A stretch of DNA of 64,000 nt from an uncultured Verrucomicrobiae bacterium (GCA_963765205.1 CAVXVB010000004.1:192001-256000), one strand, 5' to 3'. Positions 28,641 to 39,272 are shown, counted from the first letter of the stretch. Notes: generated by a model from the sequence alone, not told the origin. Numbers and translations are program-made.

Positions 28641-29186
28641 TTAGGTTTTGGTTTCGGCGCCGGGGGTGGAAACGGGGGGTTCCGTGGGTGCCGGGGCCGC
28701 AGAAGCAGGACCTTCCGCAGGCGGGCCGGCTTTGGCTTTCGCCGCGGATTTGGCTTTGCCTTTGGCGCCGCCTTTGCTGCGCTTGGATTTCTTGTAGCCC
28801 TCGTCGCTGGCGGGGATCAATTCGATCAGCGCCATGGGGCTGGCGTCGGTGCCGCGGGCCTGGAGTTTGTAGATGCGGGTGTAACCGCCGGCGCGGTTGA
28901 GGAACTCGGAAGCGCGTTCGTCAAAAAGAGTTTGCAGCGCGCCGGGGTTGCGCAGGCGGGCGGCGGCGAGGCGGCGGAAGTGCAGCTTTTCCGACCCTTC
29001 GGTGGACTGCTCGGCCTTCTTGGCCAAGGTGATGAGGCGTTCGGCGAAGGGGCGCAGCGCCTTGGCCTTGGCGAGCGTCGTCTTGATGCGGCGGTGGCTG
29101 AACAGCGCCGAGGCGAGCGCGGCGACCATGGCGGCGCGGTGCTCTTTTTTAACGCCCAACTGGTGGCGGTGTTTCTGATGGCGCAT
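28641..29186 (-). CDS. rplQ: 50S ribosomal protein L17
   Basis: MRHQK, IKTTLAKAK, RAGGYTRI; Lys/Ala/Pro tail. Confidence 0.97.
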   Translation of the reverse strand: MRHQKHRHQLGVKKEHRAAMVAALASALFSHRRIKTTLAKAKALRPFAERLITLAKKAEQSTEGSEKLHFRRLAAARLRNPGALQTLFDERASEFLNRAGGYTRIYKLQARGTDASPMALIELIPASDEGYKKSKRSKGGAKGKAKSAAKAKAGPPAEGPASAAPAPTEPPVSTPGAETKT

Positions 29187-29193
29187 GACAGGG

Positions 29194-29315
29194 AATTGAG
29201 AATTATGAATTAAGAATTATGAAGCGAAGACAAAATGATGAAAGTTTCCTGGCTGACGGCCAACCGTCCCAGTTTTTTCCTTCGTTTCGTAATTCGTAAT
29301 TCGTAATTTGAATTT
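29194..29315. repeat. inverted 7-mer arms (AATTAAG/AATTATG versus CGTAATT)
   Basis: aattgagaattatgaattaagaattatgaa versus ttcgtaattcgtaattcgtaatttgaatt. Confidence 0.8.
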
Positions 29316-29321
29316 TTGTGT

Positions 29322-30326
29322 TTAGACAACTTCGGCGGGCTTCTCCAGCATGCGTTCGTCGAACTTCATGCCGAGGGAGAGGCCGAGCTGTTCGAGCTTC
29401 TGCTTGATTTCGTTGAGCGACTTTTTGCCGAAGTTGCGGTATTTGAGCATTTCCTGCTCGGTCTTCATCGCCAGCTCGCCAACCGTGGTGATGTTAGCGT
29501 TGTTGAGGCAGTTGGCCGCGCGCACAGACAGCTCGATTTCGTTGACGCTCATGTTGAGGAGCTTGCGGAGGCGGTTTTGCTCCTCGGAGACTTCCTTGCC
29601 TTCGGTCGCGAATTCAATCTGGTCGGAGGAGACGGCGTCGAACACATCCAGGTGGTGCTTGGTGACGGCGGCGGATTCCTTGAGGGCTTCGTCCGGGGTG
29701 AGGCGGCCATCCGTGGTGATTTCAAGGATGAGTTTGTCGAAGTCGGTCATCTGGCCGACGCGGGTCTGCTCGACCGAATATTTGACCAAGCGTACGGGGC
29801 TGAAGAGCGAGTCCACGGCGATGACGCCGATGGGTTGGTCGTCCACCTTGTTTTCATCGGCGGGGCAGTAGCCGCGGCCGACTTTGATTTCGATCTCGGC
29901 CTGGAAGCGGCGCTTGCGGTCGAGCGTGCAGATAAGCTGCTTAGGGTTGACAATGGTGATGTTCGAATCGGGCTGGATGTCGGCGGCGGTGACGGTTCCC
30001 TCTTTATCCACATTGATGGCAAGGCGGATCGGGTCGCGCTTGGTGGATTTGATGAGCACTTGCTTCAAATTGAGGACGATGTCGGTGACGTCCTCGACGA
30101 CTCCTTCAATGCTTTGGAACTCGTGCTTGACCCCATCAATGCGGATGGAGCTGATGGCGGCGCCTTCGATGGAACTGAGGAGGACGCGGCGAAGGGTGTT
30201 GCCGATAGTGTGGCCGTAGCCGGTCTCAAAAGGCTCGGCGACAAACATGGCGTAGGTGTCCGTGGCGGTGTCCTCGACTTTGGCGAGGCGTTTGGGCAGT
30301 TCGAATTTTCCGAGGCGTTTAGGCAT
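29322..30326 (-). CDS. rpoA: RNA polymerase alpha subunit
   Basis: EPFETGYGHTIGNTLRRVLLSS, ELSVRAANCL, NFGKKSLNEI. Confidence 0.98.
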   Translation of the reverse strand: MPKRLGKFELPKRLAKVEDTATDTYAMFVAEPFETGYGHTIGNTLRRVLLSSIEGAAISSIRIDGVKHEFQSIEGVVEDVTDIVLNLKQVLIKSTKRDPIRLAINVDKEGTVTAADIQPDSNITIVNPKQLICTLDRKRRFQAEIEIKVGRGYCPADENKVDDQPIGVIAVDSLFSPVRLVKYSVEQTRVGQMTDFDKLILEITTDGRLTPDEALKESAAVTKHHLDVFDAVSSDQIEFATEGKEVSEEQNRLRKLLNMSVNEIELSVRAANCLNNANITTVGELAMKTEQEMLKYRNFGKKSLNEIKQKLEQLGLSLGMKFDERMLEKPAEVV

Positions 30327-30366
30327 GGCGGGTGCGGAGTTGAATTAAAAAGGCGAGTGAAAAAAT

Positions 30367-30975
30367 TTAGCGGCTGTAGAACTCGACGATGAGCTGGGTG
30401 TTGATGCCCGGCTCGAGTTCTTCCTTGGCGGGCAGGCGGCTGACGACGCCGCGCAGGGCGTCGGCTTGCAGGGTGAGCCACGCGGGCGGGGAGCGGAATT
30501 GGTTCGTTTCGAGGCCGCGTGTGGCAAGCTGGCGGGAAGAGGGGCGCTCGCGCATTTCCACGATGTCGCCGGGTTTGCAGAGGTAGCTGGAGATGTCCAC
30601 CTTGTGGCCGTTGACGTTGACGTGGCCGTGGTTGACAAGCTGGCGCGCGGCGCGCCGGGACTTCACGAAGCCGAGGAGGTAAACGATGTTGTCCAGGCGC
30701 GATTCGAGGAGTTGGAGAAACTGGTCGCCGGTGACGCCGCGCATGGCTTTGGCGCGGTCAAAGAGCAAGCGAAATTGTTTTTCGCCGAGGCCATACATAA
30801 AGCGCAGCTTTTGCTTTTCGTTCAGGCCGGCGGAATACTCCGACATTTTACGGCGCAGGCGGGGGCCGTGCATACCGGGGGGGTGCGGCTTGCGTTCGAA
30901 GGCCTTTGACGGCGGGAATATCGCCTGGCTGAAGCGGCGATTGATTTTTTGCGCGGGTCCGGTGTAGCGGGACAT
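30367..30975 (-). CDS. rpsD: 30S ribosomal protein S4
   Basis: MSRYTGP, EKQKLR, LESRLDN, ARQLVNHGH, LIVEFYSR. Confidence 0.97.
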   Translation of the reverse strand: MSRYTGPAQKINRRFSQAIFPPSKAFERKPHPPGMHGPRLRRKMSEYSAGLNEKQKLRFMYGLGEKQFRLLFDRAKAMRGVTGDQFLQLLESRLDNIVYLLGFVKSRRAARQLVNHGHVNVNGHKVDISSYLCKPGDIVEMRERPSSRQLATRGLETNQFRSPPAWLTLQADALRGVVSRLPAKEELEPGINTQLIVEFYSR

Positions 30976-30986
30976 GTGAAAGGGAA

Positions 30987-31010
30987 GTTTCGAGTTTCGA
31001 GTTTCGAGTT
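30987..31010. repeat. solo tandem 7-mer (AGTTTCG)3
   Basis: agtttcgagtttcgagtttcgagtt just upstream of the rpsD start. Confidence 0.75.
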
Positions 31011-31051
31011 TTTAGTTACTCGGATCGAAGCCCAGTGGCGGGAGAAAGGGT

Positions 31052-31699
31052 TTAGACGCGGCGGCGTTTGCGGGGGCGGCAGCCGTTGTGGGGGACGGGA
31101 GTGACATCGGTAATCGAGCCGACGGCCATGCCAAGGGTTTGCAGGGCGCGGATGGCGGAATCGCGACCGAGGCCAGGCCCGCGCACTTTTACGATAATGT
31201 CCTTGAGGCCGTGCGCCATGGCGGCGCGGCCGGCTTCCTGGGTGACGACTTGCGCGGCGTAGGCGGTGGATTTGCGCGAGCCGCGGAAATTGCACTTGCC
31301 CGAGGAGGACCAGGAGATGACGTTGCCCTGCAAGTCGGAGAAGGTGACCTTGGTGTTGTTGAAGGTGGCGAGGATGTGGCAGATGCCGTGCGTGATGTTC
31401 TTGCTGCCTTTGGCGCGGCGGACTTTGGCGGCGCCGAGGTCGTCGGTGAGCGTATCTTTCACGGCGGCGGCCTTGTCGCCGGCGGTGGCGGGGGCTTTGC
31501 CTTCAGCGGCAGGCCCTTCGGCAGGCTCAGGGCGGGCGGCGTCCTCCTTGCCGGCTTTGGGCGCGGGGGATTCTTTCGCGGCCTTGGGGGCGGCGGCGGT
31601 GGCGTCCTTGGCCTTGGGGGCCTTGGGTTTTTTCTCCGCGGAAGCTTTCTCCGGGGCTGCGCCCGGGGGAGAGGTGGGTTTTTCCTGCTCGTCGCTCAT
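31052..31699 (-). CDS. rpsK: 30S ribosomal protein S11 with long N-terminal extension
   Basis: [35 protein letters not shown]. Confidence 0.96.
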   Translation of the reverse strand: MSDEQEKPTSPPGAAPEKASAEKKPKAPKAKDATAAAPKAAKESPAPKAGKEDAARPEPAEGPAAEGKAPATAGDKAAAVKDTLTDDLGAAKVRRAKGSKNITHGICHILATFNNTKVTFSDLQGNVISWSSSGKCNFRGSRKSTAYAAQVVTQEAGRAAMAHGLKDIIVKVRGPGLGRDSAIRALQTLGMAVGSITDVTPVPHNGCRPRKRRRV

Positions 31700-31704
31700 A
31701 AAAT

Positions 31705-32082
31705 TTATTCGGCTTTCTTGATAACACCGACGGTCTTGCGCGCGCCCTTGCGGGTGCGGGCGTTGGTGCGGGTGCGCTGGCCGCGCACGGGGAGACGGTG
31801 GATGTGGCGGATGCCCCGGTAGCACTTGATGGCTTGGAGGCGTTTCAAATTCGAAGTGATTTCCCGGCGCAGGTCGCCTTCGACTTTCCAACCGCGCTCG
31901 CCGATGAATTGGACGATGCGGTTGATTTGTTCCTCGCTTAGCTCCTGGGAGCGCAGCGCGGGGTCAATGTGCAGCGTGGAGATAATTAAATCCGCGCGGG
32001 TGGGGCCTACGCCGTAGATGTAGCGTAAAGCGTAGGAGACCCGTTTGTTGTTCGGGATGTCAATGCCGAGGAGGCGAGGCAT
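31705..32082 (-). CDS. rpsM: 30S ribosomal protein S13
   Basis: [38 protein letters not shown]. Confidence 0.97.
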   Translation of the reverse strand: MPRLLGIDIPNNKRVSYALRYIYGVGPTRADLIISTLHIDPALRSQELSEEQINRIVQFIGERGWKVEGDLRREITSNLKRLQAIKCYRGIRHIHRLPVRGQRTRTNARTRKGARKTVGVIKKAE

Positions 32083-32265
32083 GGCGTTTTGGTGGGCGGC
32101 CCAGTAGCGCGCGCCGGGTGGCGCGGTCAGGGGAAAAGGGGCCACTATAATGATTTATGGATGTTTGGGAAGGAAAATCGTGTCAAATCGGAGGGGGGAG
32201 GGCCGGAAGAGAGAAGTCAGAAACTAGAAGTTAGAAGCGGGAACTGAGCATCCGGCACGCAGAAT

Positions 32266-33096
32266 TCAAGCATGGAGGGAGGTGAGGGCGGGCTGACCAA
32301 CGGTTGCGGAAGTGGTAGAAGCAGCCGGCCTGGTGGGCGGCAACGTGAGGATTTCCGGGCCGTGCGGGGTGATGTGGACAGTATGTTCGTAGTGGGCGCT
32401 GGGGCGGCGGTCGCGGGTGATCGCAGTCCAATGGTCGTTAGAGTATTCGATGTCGGCGGTGCCGAGGTTGACCATTGGCTCAATGGCGATGCACATGCCG
32501 GGTTTGAGCTTTTCGAGGGTGTTGGGCTTGCCGAAATTGGGGACTTGAGGCGGCTCGTGCATGGTGCGGCCCACGCCGTGGCCGACGAACTCGCGCACGA
32601 CGTTCATGCCGCGGGCTTCCACCAGAGACTGAATGGCATGGGCGATGTCGCCGACGCGGCGGCCCAGGCGGGCTTCGGCGATGCCGGCGCGAAGGGCGTC
32701 CTGCGTGGTGTCGAGCAGGCGTTGGACGTCGGGCGCAATGGGGGGCAGCGCAACAGTGCGGGCGTTGTCGCCAATCCAACCTTTGTGGCGGATAGCGATG
32801 TCCACGGCGATAATGTCGCCGTGGCGCAGAACTCGGCGCAGGGAACCGATGCCGTGGACGACTTCCTCGTTGACGGAGAGACAGGTGAAGGCGGGAAAGC
32901 GGCGGGAGCCGACCTTATAATTGTAGCAGGCGCTTTCCGCGCCGAGTTCCGACATGAAGCGTTTGGCGGCCTGATCCAAATCGTAGGTGGTGACGCCGGG
33001 GACGACGAGCGCGCAGACGCGGTCCAACACGTCGGCCGCGATGCGGCAGGCCTCGCGGATCGAGCGGATTTCCATTTCGGAGCGCAGGGCGATCAT
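32266..33096 (-). CDS. map: type I methionine aminopeptidase
   Basis: SVNEEVVHGI, GHGVGRTMHEPP, AIEPM, SAHYEHT. Confidence 0.96.
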   Translation of the reverse strand: MIALRSEMEIRSIREACRIAADVLDRVCALVVPGVTTYDLDQAAKRFMSELGAESACYNYKVGSRRFPAFTCLSVNEEVVHGIGSLRRVLRHGDIIAVDIAIRHKGWIGDNARTVALPPIAPDVQRLLDTTQDALRAGIAEARLGRRVGDIAHAIQSLVEARGMNVVREFVGHGVGRTMHEPPQVPNFGKPNTLEKLKPGMCIAIEPMVNLGTADIEYSNDHWTAITRDRRPSAHYEHTVHITPHGPEILTLPPTRPAASTTSATVGQPALTSLHA

Positions 33097-33101
33097 GGCG
33101 G

Positions 33102-34601
33102 TTAGTGGGAGCGGTTATACAACCACGCAAGAACGCCGGCAAAGATGAGGCCGAGCAGGGGAATCCAGAGGGGGCGCAGGTCGCGGATTTCCTGCTGGTC
33201 CAGGGTCTGGGTGGCGCGGGAGGCGTTGCTCTTGGCGCGGCCCTTGCGCAGGAAGCCGTCGTAGTGACGCTGCAGAAGGTAGGTCTCCACCTGACGCATG
33301 GTGTCGAGCAAAACAGCGACCATGATCAACATGCTGGAGCCGCCGAAGTATTGCGCAATGTTATAGGGAACGTTGGCCTCGTGATAGAGGACCTGGGGGA
33401 TGACCGCGATGGCGGTAAGCGCGATGGCGCCGGCAAAAGTGAGGCGGTCCATCGTGAAAGCGAGGAATTTGGCGGTGGGTTCGCCCGGCGGCACGCCGGG
33501 GACGTAGCCGCCGGCGCGCTTGATTTCATCGGCGACTTGGATGGGCTTGAACATCAAGGAGACCCAGAAGTAGCTAAAAACGAAAATGAGAAAGGTGTAG
33601 ATGGTGTAAAATTGCCAGGTGCCGCTGGCGAAGATACCGGCAATGTTCTGGAAGACCGTGATGCCGAACCAGGCGTGCAAGTAGGTAAAGAGCTGTTGCG
33701 GGAACATCAGGATCGCGCTGGCGAAGATGATGGGCATTACGCCGGCAAAGTTCGCCTTGAGCGGCAGAAAGCTGCTTTGGCTTTGGAACACGCGGCGGCC
33801 CACGACGCGCTTGGCGTAATGCACGGGGACTTTCCTCATGCCCTGGGTCAGCGCGATGATGCTGGCCACCACGATGAAGAGCAGTGCGAGCATGAGGATG
33901 ATCTGGCTGCTGCTCAGGCGGTCGCCGGCGCCCAGAGAGGGGTTGAGCATCTGCCAGACTTCCATGCCGGCGTTGGGCAGGCCGGACAAAATGTTGATGG
34001 TGATGAGCAGCGAAGTGCCGTTGCCGATGCCGAATTGGGTAATCTGCTCGCCCACCCACATCAGCAGCAGCGCGCCTGCCGTCATGATGATCGTGCCGCA
34101 GACAATGAACCACGGTCGCGACATGATCACAATCGCGCCGTATTGGGCCTCGCTGTATTGCGACAGGATTTGCGCGGGGAAGTAGGCCAGCGCGTAAAGG
34201 ATCATGAGCGACTGGATGGCGGCGATGCCGATAGTGGCGTAGCGCGTGTATTGGGAGATTTTCTGGCGGCCGACGTCGCCTTCCTGTTGCAAGCGCGCCA
34301 TGTGCGGCTCAATCGCGGCGAACAACTGCATGAAGATCGAGGCGTTGATGTAGGGCATGATGCCCAGGGCGAGGATCGAGCCGCTGCGCAGGGCGCCACC
34401 GGTGAACAAATTCAACATGCCCAGCATCCCCGCGCCGCTGTGGTGCTGCATCATGTCGTAATATTTTTGGATCGGCGTCGGGTCCAGCCCCGGCAGCGGA
34501 ATGTGCGTGCCCAGGCGCACGACGCAGACCAGCCCGAGTGTCAGCAGGATGCGCTGGCGCAACTCGGGGATTTTCAGGCAGTTGAGAAAGGCGGAAATCA
34601 T
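33102..34601 (-). CDS. secY: preprotein translocase SecY
   Basis: SILALGIMPYINASI, GIGNGTSL, AGVMPIIFA, FGGSSMLIMVAV. Confidence 0.97.
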   Translation of the reverse strand: MISAFLNCLKIPELRQRILLTLGLVCVVRLGTHIPLPGLDPTPIQKYYDMMQHHSGAGMLGMLNLFTGGALRSGSILALGIMPYINASIFMQLFAAIEPHMARLQQEGDVGRQKISQYTRYATIGIAAIQSLMILYALAYFPAQILSQYSEAQYGAIVIMSRPWFIVCGTIIMTAGALLLMWVGEQITQFGIGNGTSLLITINILSGLPNAGMEVWQMLNPSLGAGDRLSSSQIILMLALLFIVVASIIALTQGMRKVPVHYAKRVVGRRVFQSQSSFLPLKANFAGVMPIIFASAILMFPQQLFTYLHAWFGITVFQNIAGIFASGTWQFYTIYTFLIFVFSYFWVSLMFKPIQVADEIKRAGGYVPGVPPGEPTAKFLAFTMDRLTFAGAIALTAIAVIPQVLYHEANVPYNIAQYFGGSSMLIMVAVLLDTMRQVETYLLQRHYDGFLRKGRAKSNASRATQTLDQQEIRDLRPLWIPLLGLIFAGVLAWLYNRSH

Positions 34602-34655
34602 GAAGGAAAATTACGAAACTCGAATAACGAATTACGAAACAAAGCAGGGCGGCGC

Positions 34656-35144
34656 CTACTTCTTGGTGGCGGGTTTCGCTTCGTCGGTCGGCGGGGCGGG
34701 CGGGGCGAGTTCGACGGCCTGGCCGCCGGCCTGGGTGATCTTCTCGCGCGCGGAGCCGGAGAACTTATGGGCCTTGACGGTGAGGGCGCGGTCGAGCACG
34801 CCGGTACCAAGGATCTTCAAGAGCAGGCCGGGTTTGCGGATGAGGCCGGCGGCGGCGAGCACGGCGGCGTCGACTTCGTTGCCGGTAATGCGGCCAAGGT
34901 CGCCGACGTTGACGAGGGCGTATTCGGTGCGGAACTTGAAATTGGAGAAACCGCGGTGGGGGAGTTTGCGGTAGAGGGGCATCTGGCCGCCTTCGTAGCC
35001 GGGGCGCACGCCGCCGCCGGAGCGGGCCTTCATGCCCTTGTTGCCGCGCCCGCAGGTGTGGCCGTGGCCGGAGCCGACGCCGCAGCCGACGCGCCGCCGG
35101 CGGTTCTTCGTGCCGGGGTTATTGGTGAGGAGGTGAAGTTTCAT
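34656..35144 (-). CDS. rplO: 50S ribosomal protein L15
   Basis: GRGNKG, YEGGQMPLYRKLPHRGF. Confidence 0.96.
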   Translation of the reverse strand: MKLHLLTNNPGTKNRRRRVGCGVGSGHGHTCGRGNKGMKARSGGGVRPGYEGGQMPLYRKLPHRGFSNFKFRTEYALVNVGDLGRITGNEVDAAVLAAAGLIRKPGLLLKILGTGVLDRALTVKAHKFSGSAREKITQAGGQAVELAPPAPPTDEAKPATKK

Positions 35145-35152
35145 GGGAAAAT

Positions 35153-35265
35153 AAGATTTAAGATTTAGGATTTAAGATTTAGGAAGTGGCTGATGCAGAA
35201 AGTTTGCGGAATCCCTCAAGGTTTGGTGAAGGGGCTTATTTCATAAATCTTAAATCATAATTCCT
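35153..35265. repeat. inverted 7-mer arms (AGATTTA)
   Basis: aagatttaagatttaggatttaagatttagga versus tcataaatcttaaatcataattcct. Confidence 0.8.
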
Positions 35266-36022
35266 AATTCGTTTGCCGGGCGCGCATTTCGTGAATTTGG
35301 CTCGCCGAACGCAGTTTATACAGCCCGTCTAGCGTGGCGTTGACCATGGCCATCGGGTTGTTCGAGCCGAGCGACTTGGTGAGCACGTCCTTCACCCCGA
35401 CGGCTTCGAGGACGGCGCGGACGCCGCCGCCGGCGATGACACCGGTGCCGGGGCTGGCCGGGCGGAGCAAAACTTTGCCGCCATCGGAAAGGCCGAGGAC
35501 TTCGTGCGGAATGGTCGGACCGCGCAACTGGACGGAGCGAAAGCGCCGGTGGGCGCGTTCGGTGCCTTTCTTGATGGCGTCCGGCACTTCCTTGGCCTTG
35601 CCGAAGCCGAGGCCAATGCGGCCTTTGCCGTCCCCGGACACCACGAGCGCGGAAAAGCTGAAGCGGCGGCCGCCTTTGACGACTTTGGCGCAACGGTTGA
35701 TGTCCACCACTTTGTCAATATATTCGGAGGCAGGCTCGGATTCGCGCGGGCCGCGATCACGGCGTCGTCCGCCTTGACCACCACCGCCGCCGCCACCTTG
35801 GCCCCCGCGTCCGCCACCACCGCCGCCATGGCCGCCACGGCCACCACCACCTTGACCGCCACGGCCGCCGCGACCGCCGCCGTGACCACCACGGCCACCT
35901 TGGCCGCCACTCTGGCCGCCTTGCTCAGTTGCGGTAGCAGCGGGGGTGGAGGCAGCGGGGACGGTTGCTTCCGGCACAGGGGCGGCGGAAACGGCGGGAA
36001 TCTCGGGATTATCGGTGCTCAT
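35264..36022 (-). CDS. rpsE: 30S ribosomal protein S5 with Gly/Arg-rich N-terminal extension
   Basis: [33 protein letters not shown]. Confidence 0.96.
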   Translation of the reverse strand: MSTDNPEIPAVSAAPVPEATVPAASTPAATATEQGGQSGGQGGRGGHGGGRGGRGGQGGGGRGGHGGGGGGRGGQGGGGGGGQGGRRRDRGPRESEPASEYIDKVVDINRCAKVVKGGRRFSFSALVVSGDGKGRIGLGFGKAKEVPDAIKKGTERAHRRFRSVQLRGPTIPHEVLGLSDGGKVLLRPASPGTGVIAGGGVRAVLEAVGVKDVLTKSLGSNNPMAMVNATLDGLYKLRSASQIHEMRARQTN

Positions 36023-36058
36023 ACGGGTGGGAAGAGGGAGAAGGGAGGACGAGAAAAT

Positions 36059-36421
36059 TTAAAATTTGAGGCCACCGGCGCGGGCGGCGTCGGCGAAGGT
36101 CTTAACGCAGCCGTGGTAGCGGCGGCCGCCACGGTCAAACACGACGGCGGTGACGCCGGCTTTTTGCGCGGCGAGGGCGAGACGCTCGCCGAGGACTTTG
36201 GCGCCGGCCAGGTTGGGCTTGAGCTTGGTGTCGCGCACGTCTTTGGCGAGGGAAGTGGCGCAGGCAAGGGTGCGGCCGGCGCGGTCGTCAATGACCTGGG
36301 AGTAAATGTGCTTTTGCGAAAAGCGCACGACGAGGCGGGGCCGTTCTGCGACGCCGCTGATTTTGTGGCGGATGCGCACGCGGCGCCGGGCGGCGAGTTC
36401 CTTGGATTTCTTTAGTTTCAT
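36059..36421 (-). CDS. rplR: 50S ribosomal protein L18
   Basis: RPRLVVRFS, VVFDRGG..YHG, ARAGGLKF. Confidence 0.96.
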   Translation of the reverse strand: MKLKKSKELAARRRVRIRHKISGVAERPRLVVRFSQKHIYSQVIDDRAGRTLACATSLAKDVRDTKLKPNLAGAKVLGERLALAAQKAGVTAVVFDRGGRRYHGCVKTFADAARAGGLKF

Positions 36422-36449
36422 CGGAAAAAATATAAGAGGGTGAGGCGGT

Positions 36450-36998
36450 CTAGGCCGTCTTCTTGCCTTCCTTGCGGCGGACAAATTGACCGGTGATGCG
36501 GACGCCTTTGCCTTTGTAGGGTTCGACGGGGTAGAAGTGGCGGATGTCGGCGGCGACCTGGCCCACGAGGGCCTTGTCCGGCCCCTCGACTTTGATGGTG
36601 GGGTTTTTCTGTTGGTTCTCCCCGACAATGACCTTGATGCCGGCGGGAATGGCGTAATTGATGGGGTGCGAATACCCGAGCGCGAGGTCGAGGACAGCGC
36701 CTTTGAGGACGGCCTTGAAGCCGACACCTTGGATTTCGAGGTCTTTGGAGTAACCGGTAGTGACGCCGAAGACCATGTTGTTGATGACCGCGCGGGCGGT
36801 GCCGTAGTTGGCGTGGGCGGACCGGCTTTCGGCGCGCGGCTTGACCACGACGGACTTGCCGTCGGCGGTGATGGCGACAGTCGAGTCGAAGGTCTTCTCG
36901 ACTTTGCCTTTGGGGCCTTCGACGAGGACGGTGTTGCCCTTCACGGACACTTTGACTTTGTCCGGAATGGTGACGGGAAGTTTGCCGATGCGGCTCAT
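36450..36998 (-). CDS. rplF: 50S ribosomal protein L6
   Basis: MSRIGKLPV, LGYSHP, EPYKGKG. Confidence 0.97.
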   Translation of the reverse strand: MSRIGKLPVTIPDKVKVSVKGNTVLVEGPKGKVEKTFDSTVAITADGKSVVVKPRAESRSAHANYGTARAVINNMVFGVTTGYSKDLEIQGVGFKAVLKGAVLDLALGYSHPINYAIPAGIKVIVGENQQKNPTIKVEGPDKALVGQVAADIRHFYPVEPYKGKGVRITGQFVRRKEGKKTA

Positions 36999-37040
36999 GG
37001 CGAAAAAATTAAGGAGTTATGAATTAAGAAGCGAAATTGC

Positions 37041-37439
37041 CTACCAGACTTTGCAGAGGAGTTCGCCGCCGACTTTTTGTTTGCGGGCTTCGTTGTCCTT
37101 CATCAGGCCTTTCGAGGTGGTGAGGATGGCGACGCCGAGGCCGCCGAGGACGCGGGGGATTTCCTGGTGCCCGTAGTAGAGGCGGCGGCCGGGGCGGCTG
37201 TGGCGCTGGATGCCGGTGATGGCGGGCGCGCCGTCCACGTATTTAAGCGTCACGACGAGCTGGCGGTGGCCGTCACTGTCGGGTTTTTCCTCAAAGTTGG
37301 CGATGTAGCCTTCCTCCTTGAGGATGCGGGCGACTTCGGCGCGCAGACGGGACCATTGGGACGCGCAGGAGTCTTTCTGCGCGTGCAGGGCATTGCGCAG
37401 GATGGTGAGAAAATCACCGAGGGGATCGTGGCTGGACAT
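37041..37439 (-). CDS. rpsH: 30S ribosomal protein S8
   Basis: DPLGDFLT, SRPGRRLY, GLGVAILTTSKG, GGELLCKVW. Confidence 0.97.
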   Translation of the reverse strand: MSSHDPLGDFLTILRNALHAQKDSCASQWSRLRAEVARILKEEGYIANFEEKPDSDGHRQLVVTLKYVDGAPAITGIQRHSRPGRRLYYGHQEIPRVLGGLGVAILTTSKGLMKDNEARKQKVGGELLCKVW

Positions 37440-37460
37440 GGTGCGGAAAGGGTTGCGGGG

Positions 37461-37766
37461 TTACCAAGAGGACTTGATGACGCCCGGGATTTTGCCGTTG
37501 AGCGCGAGTTCGCGGAAGGTGAGGCGGGAGACGCCGTAGCGGCGGATGTAGGCGCGGGCGCGGCCAGTGACGCTGCAGCGGTTGCGCACGCGCACGGGGG
37601 CGGAGTTGCGGGGCAACTCGGTGAGGGCGCGCTGAGCCTGGTAGAATTCCTGGTCCGTCGTCTTCGGGCTGGCGAGGATGGCTTTAAGCTCGGCGCGGCG
37701 GACCGCGTATTTTTTCACGAGGCGCTGCCGCTTGAGGTTGCGTTCGATGGAGGAGGTTTTGGCCAT
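37461..37766 (-). CDS. rpsN: 30S ribosomal protein S14 (long, Zn-independent type)
   Basis: [30 protein letters not shown]; only one Cys. Confidence 0.96.
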   Translation of the reverse strand: MAKTSSIERNLKRQRLVKKYAVRRAELKAILASPKTTDQEFYQAQRALTELPRNSAPVRVRNRCSVTGRARAYIRRYGVSRLTFRELALNGKIPGVIKSSW

Positions 37767-37833
37767 GGAAAGGAATTATGAATTAAGAAGTGGAGAAGGC
37801 AGAATGAGAAATTCAGCAATCAGCATTCAGAAA

Positions 37834-38475
37834 TTAGGAATTAGGCGGGGACTGGGGCGGGGGCGGCGGGGGAGAGGTTTCAGCGACGGGGGCGGTAGGC
37901 GCGTTCGGATCGGGCTTTTTGACGGTGGGGGCCGAGGCGGTGCGGAAAGGCATGCCGAGGAGGCGGAGCAGTTCGCGACCGTCATCGTCGGTGCGGGCGG
38001 TGGTGACGATGGCGATGTCGAGGCCGATGTTTTTGCGGCCCGGGTCCACGGTGATTTCCGGGAAGATGGTGTGATCGGCGATGCCGAGGTTGTAGCTGCC
38101 GCGCCCGTCGAATTTCCGGCCCACGCCGCGGAAGTCGCGGATGTTGGGGAGGGTGACGGAGAGGAGGCGCAGGAGGAAGTCCCACATTTTTGGGCCGCGG
38201 AGGGTGACCATGACGGCGGAGGGCATGCCTTCGCGCACCTTGAAGTTGGCGACGGAGGCGCGGGCGCGGGTGATCACAGGCTTTTGGCCGGAGATGATCG
38301 TGATGTCCTTGACGACTTCCGTGACCCAGTTCTTGTCGGCCTCGGAATCAATGCGCGAGTTGAGTACGATCTTGTTGATCGTGGGCACCTGGTGCGGGTT
38401 TTTGAAGCCGCGGGCCTTGGCCATCTCGGGGACGACCTTTTCCAGGTAAAATTGTTTGAGGGTGGGGACGGTCAT
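37834..38475 (-). CDS. rplE: 50S ribosomal protein L5
   Basis: SGQKPVIT, FKVREG, IRDFRG, FDGRG, IFPEI. Confidence 0.97.
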   Translation of the reverse strand: MTVPTLKQFYLEKVVPEMAKARGFKNPHQVPTINKIVLNSRIDSEADKNWVTEVVKDITIISGQKPVITRARASVANFKVREGMPSAVMVTLRGPKMWDFLLRLLSVTLPNIRDFRGVGRKFDGRGSYNLGIADHTIFPEITVDPGRKNIGLDIAIVTTARTDDDGRELLRLLGMPFRTASAPTVKKPDPNAPTAPVAETSPPPPPPQSPPNS

Positions 38476-38634
38476 GGCGCGAAAGGGAATGCGGAGTGAT
38501 GAATGCGGAATTGTTCGACGGTTAAATTGTTGAATGGCTGGATTGTTTTGGCGGGTGACGAGAATCGCGGAGGTGAACCGAAAGGGATTGGTTTTTAGCA
38601 ATAGAGCAATTCAGCAATAGAGCAATAACGGGTG

Positions 38635-38904
38635 TTACTTTTTGGCGGCGGCTTCGCGTTTTTGCTTTTTTGCGTCAAAGCGGCTGCCGAGCATGACGTT
38701 CGAGCGGTGGATGGGGGCTTCGCGCTGGATGATGCCGCCCGGCTCTTTTTCGGAGCGGGCCTTGGTGTGGCGCTTGATGATGGCCACGCCTTCGACCAGG
38801 ATGCGGTCGCGCTCGCGGAAAATTTGCAGCACCTTGCCGCGCTTGCCTTTGTGGGCGCCGCTGATGACGACGACTTCGTCGCTGCGTTTTATGAGATGAG
38901 GCAT
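38635..38904 (-). CDS. rplX: 50S ribosomal protein L24
   Basis: VVVISGAHKGKRGKV, EAPIHRSNV. Confidence 0.95.
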   Translation of the reverse strand: MPHLIKRSDEVVVISGAHKGKRGKVLQIFRERDRILVEGVAIIKRHTKARSEKEPGGIIQREAPIHRSNVMLGSRFDAKKQKREAAAKK

Positions 38905-38906
38905 GG

Positions 38907-39272
38907 CTAGAGGACCTCCGGGGCGAGGGAGATGATTTTCATGAAATTCTTGGCGCGCAATTCGCGAGCGACGGGGCCAAAGATGCGCGTGCCTTTCGGG
39001 TTGCCCGTGGTGTCGAGGATGACGCAGGCGTTGGTGTCGAAGCGCAGGTAGCTGCCGTCCGCGCGGCGGATGGCTTGCTTGGTGCGCACAATGACGGCCT
39101 GGGCGACGGTGCCTTTTTTGACCTGGGCGTCGGGCGTGCTGTCCTTGACCGCGACGACGATGATGTCGCCGATGTGGGCAAAGCGGGTGAGCTGCCCGAG
39201 GCGGCGGATCATCATGACGTGCTTGGCGCCGGTGTTGTCGGCGACTTCAAGACGGGATTGCATTTGAACCAT
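38907..39272 (-). CDS. rplN: 50S ribosomal protein L14
   Basis: [30 protein letters not shown]. Confidence 0.98.
   Translation of the reverse strand: MVQMQSRLEVADNTGAKHVMMIRRLGQLTRFAHIGDIIVVAVKDSTPDAQVKKGTVAQAVIVRTKQAIRRADGSYLRFDTNACVILDTTGNPKGTRIFGPVARELRAKNFMKIISLAPEVL

Noticed and set aside
33105..35168. Long plus-strand ORFs opposite secY/rplO and similar antisense ORFs (e.g. 19344-20954, 5913-7301, 8539-10194)
   Set aside because: Shadow ORFs of high-GC genes, with no recognisable motifs.
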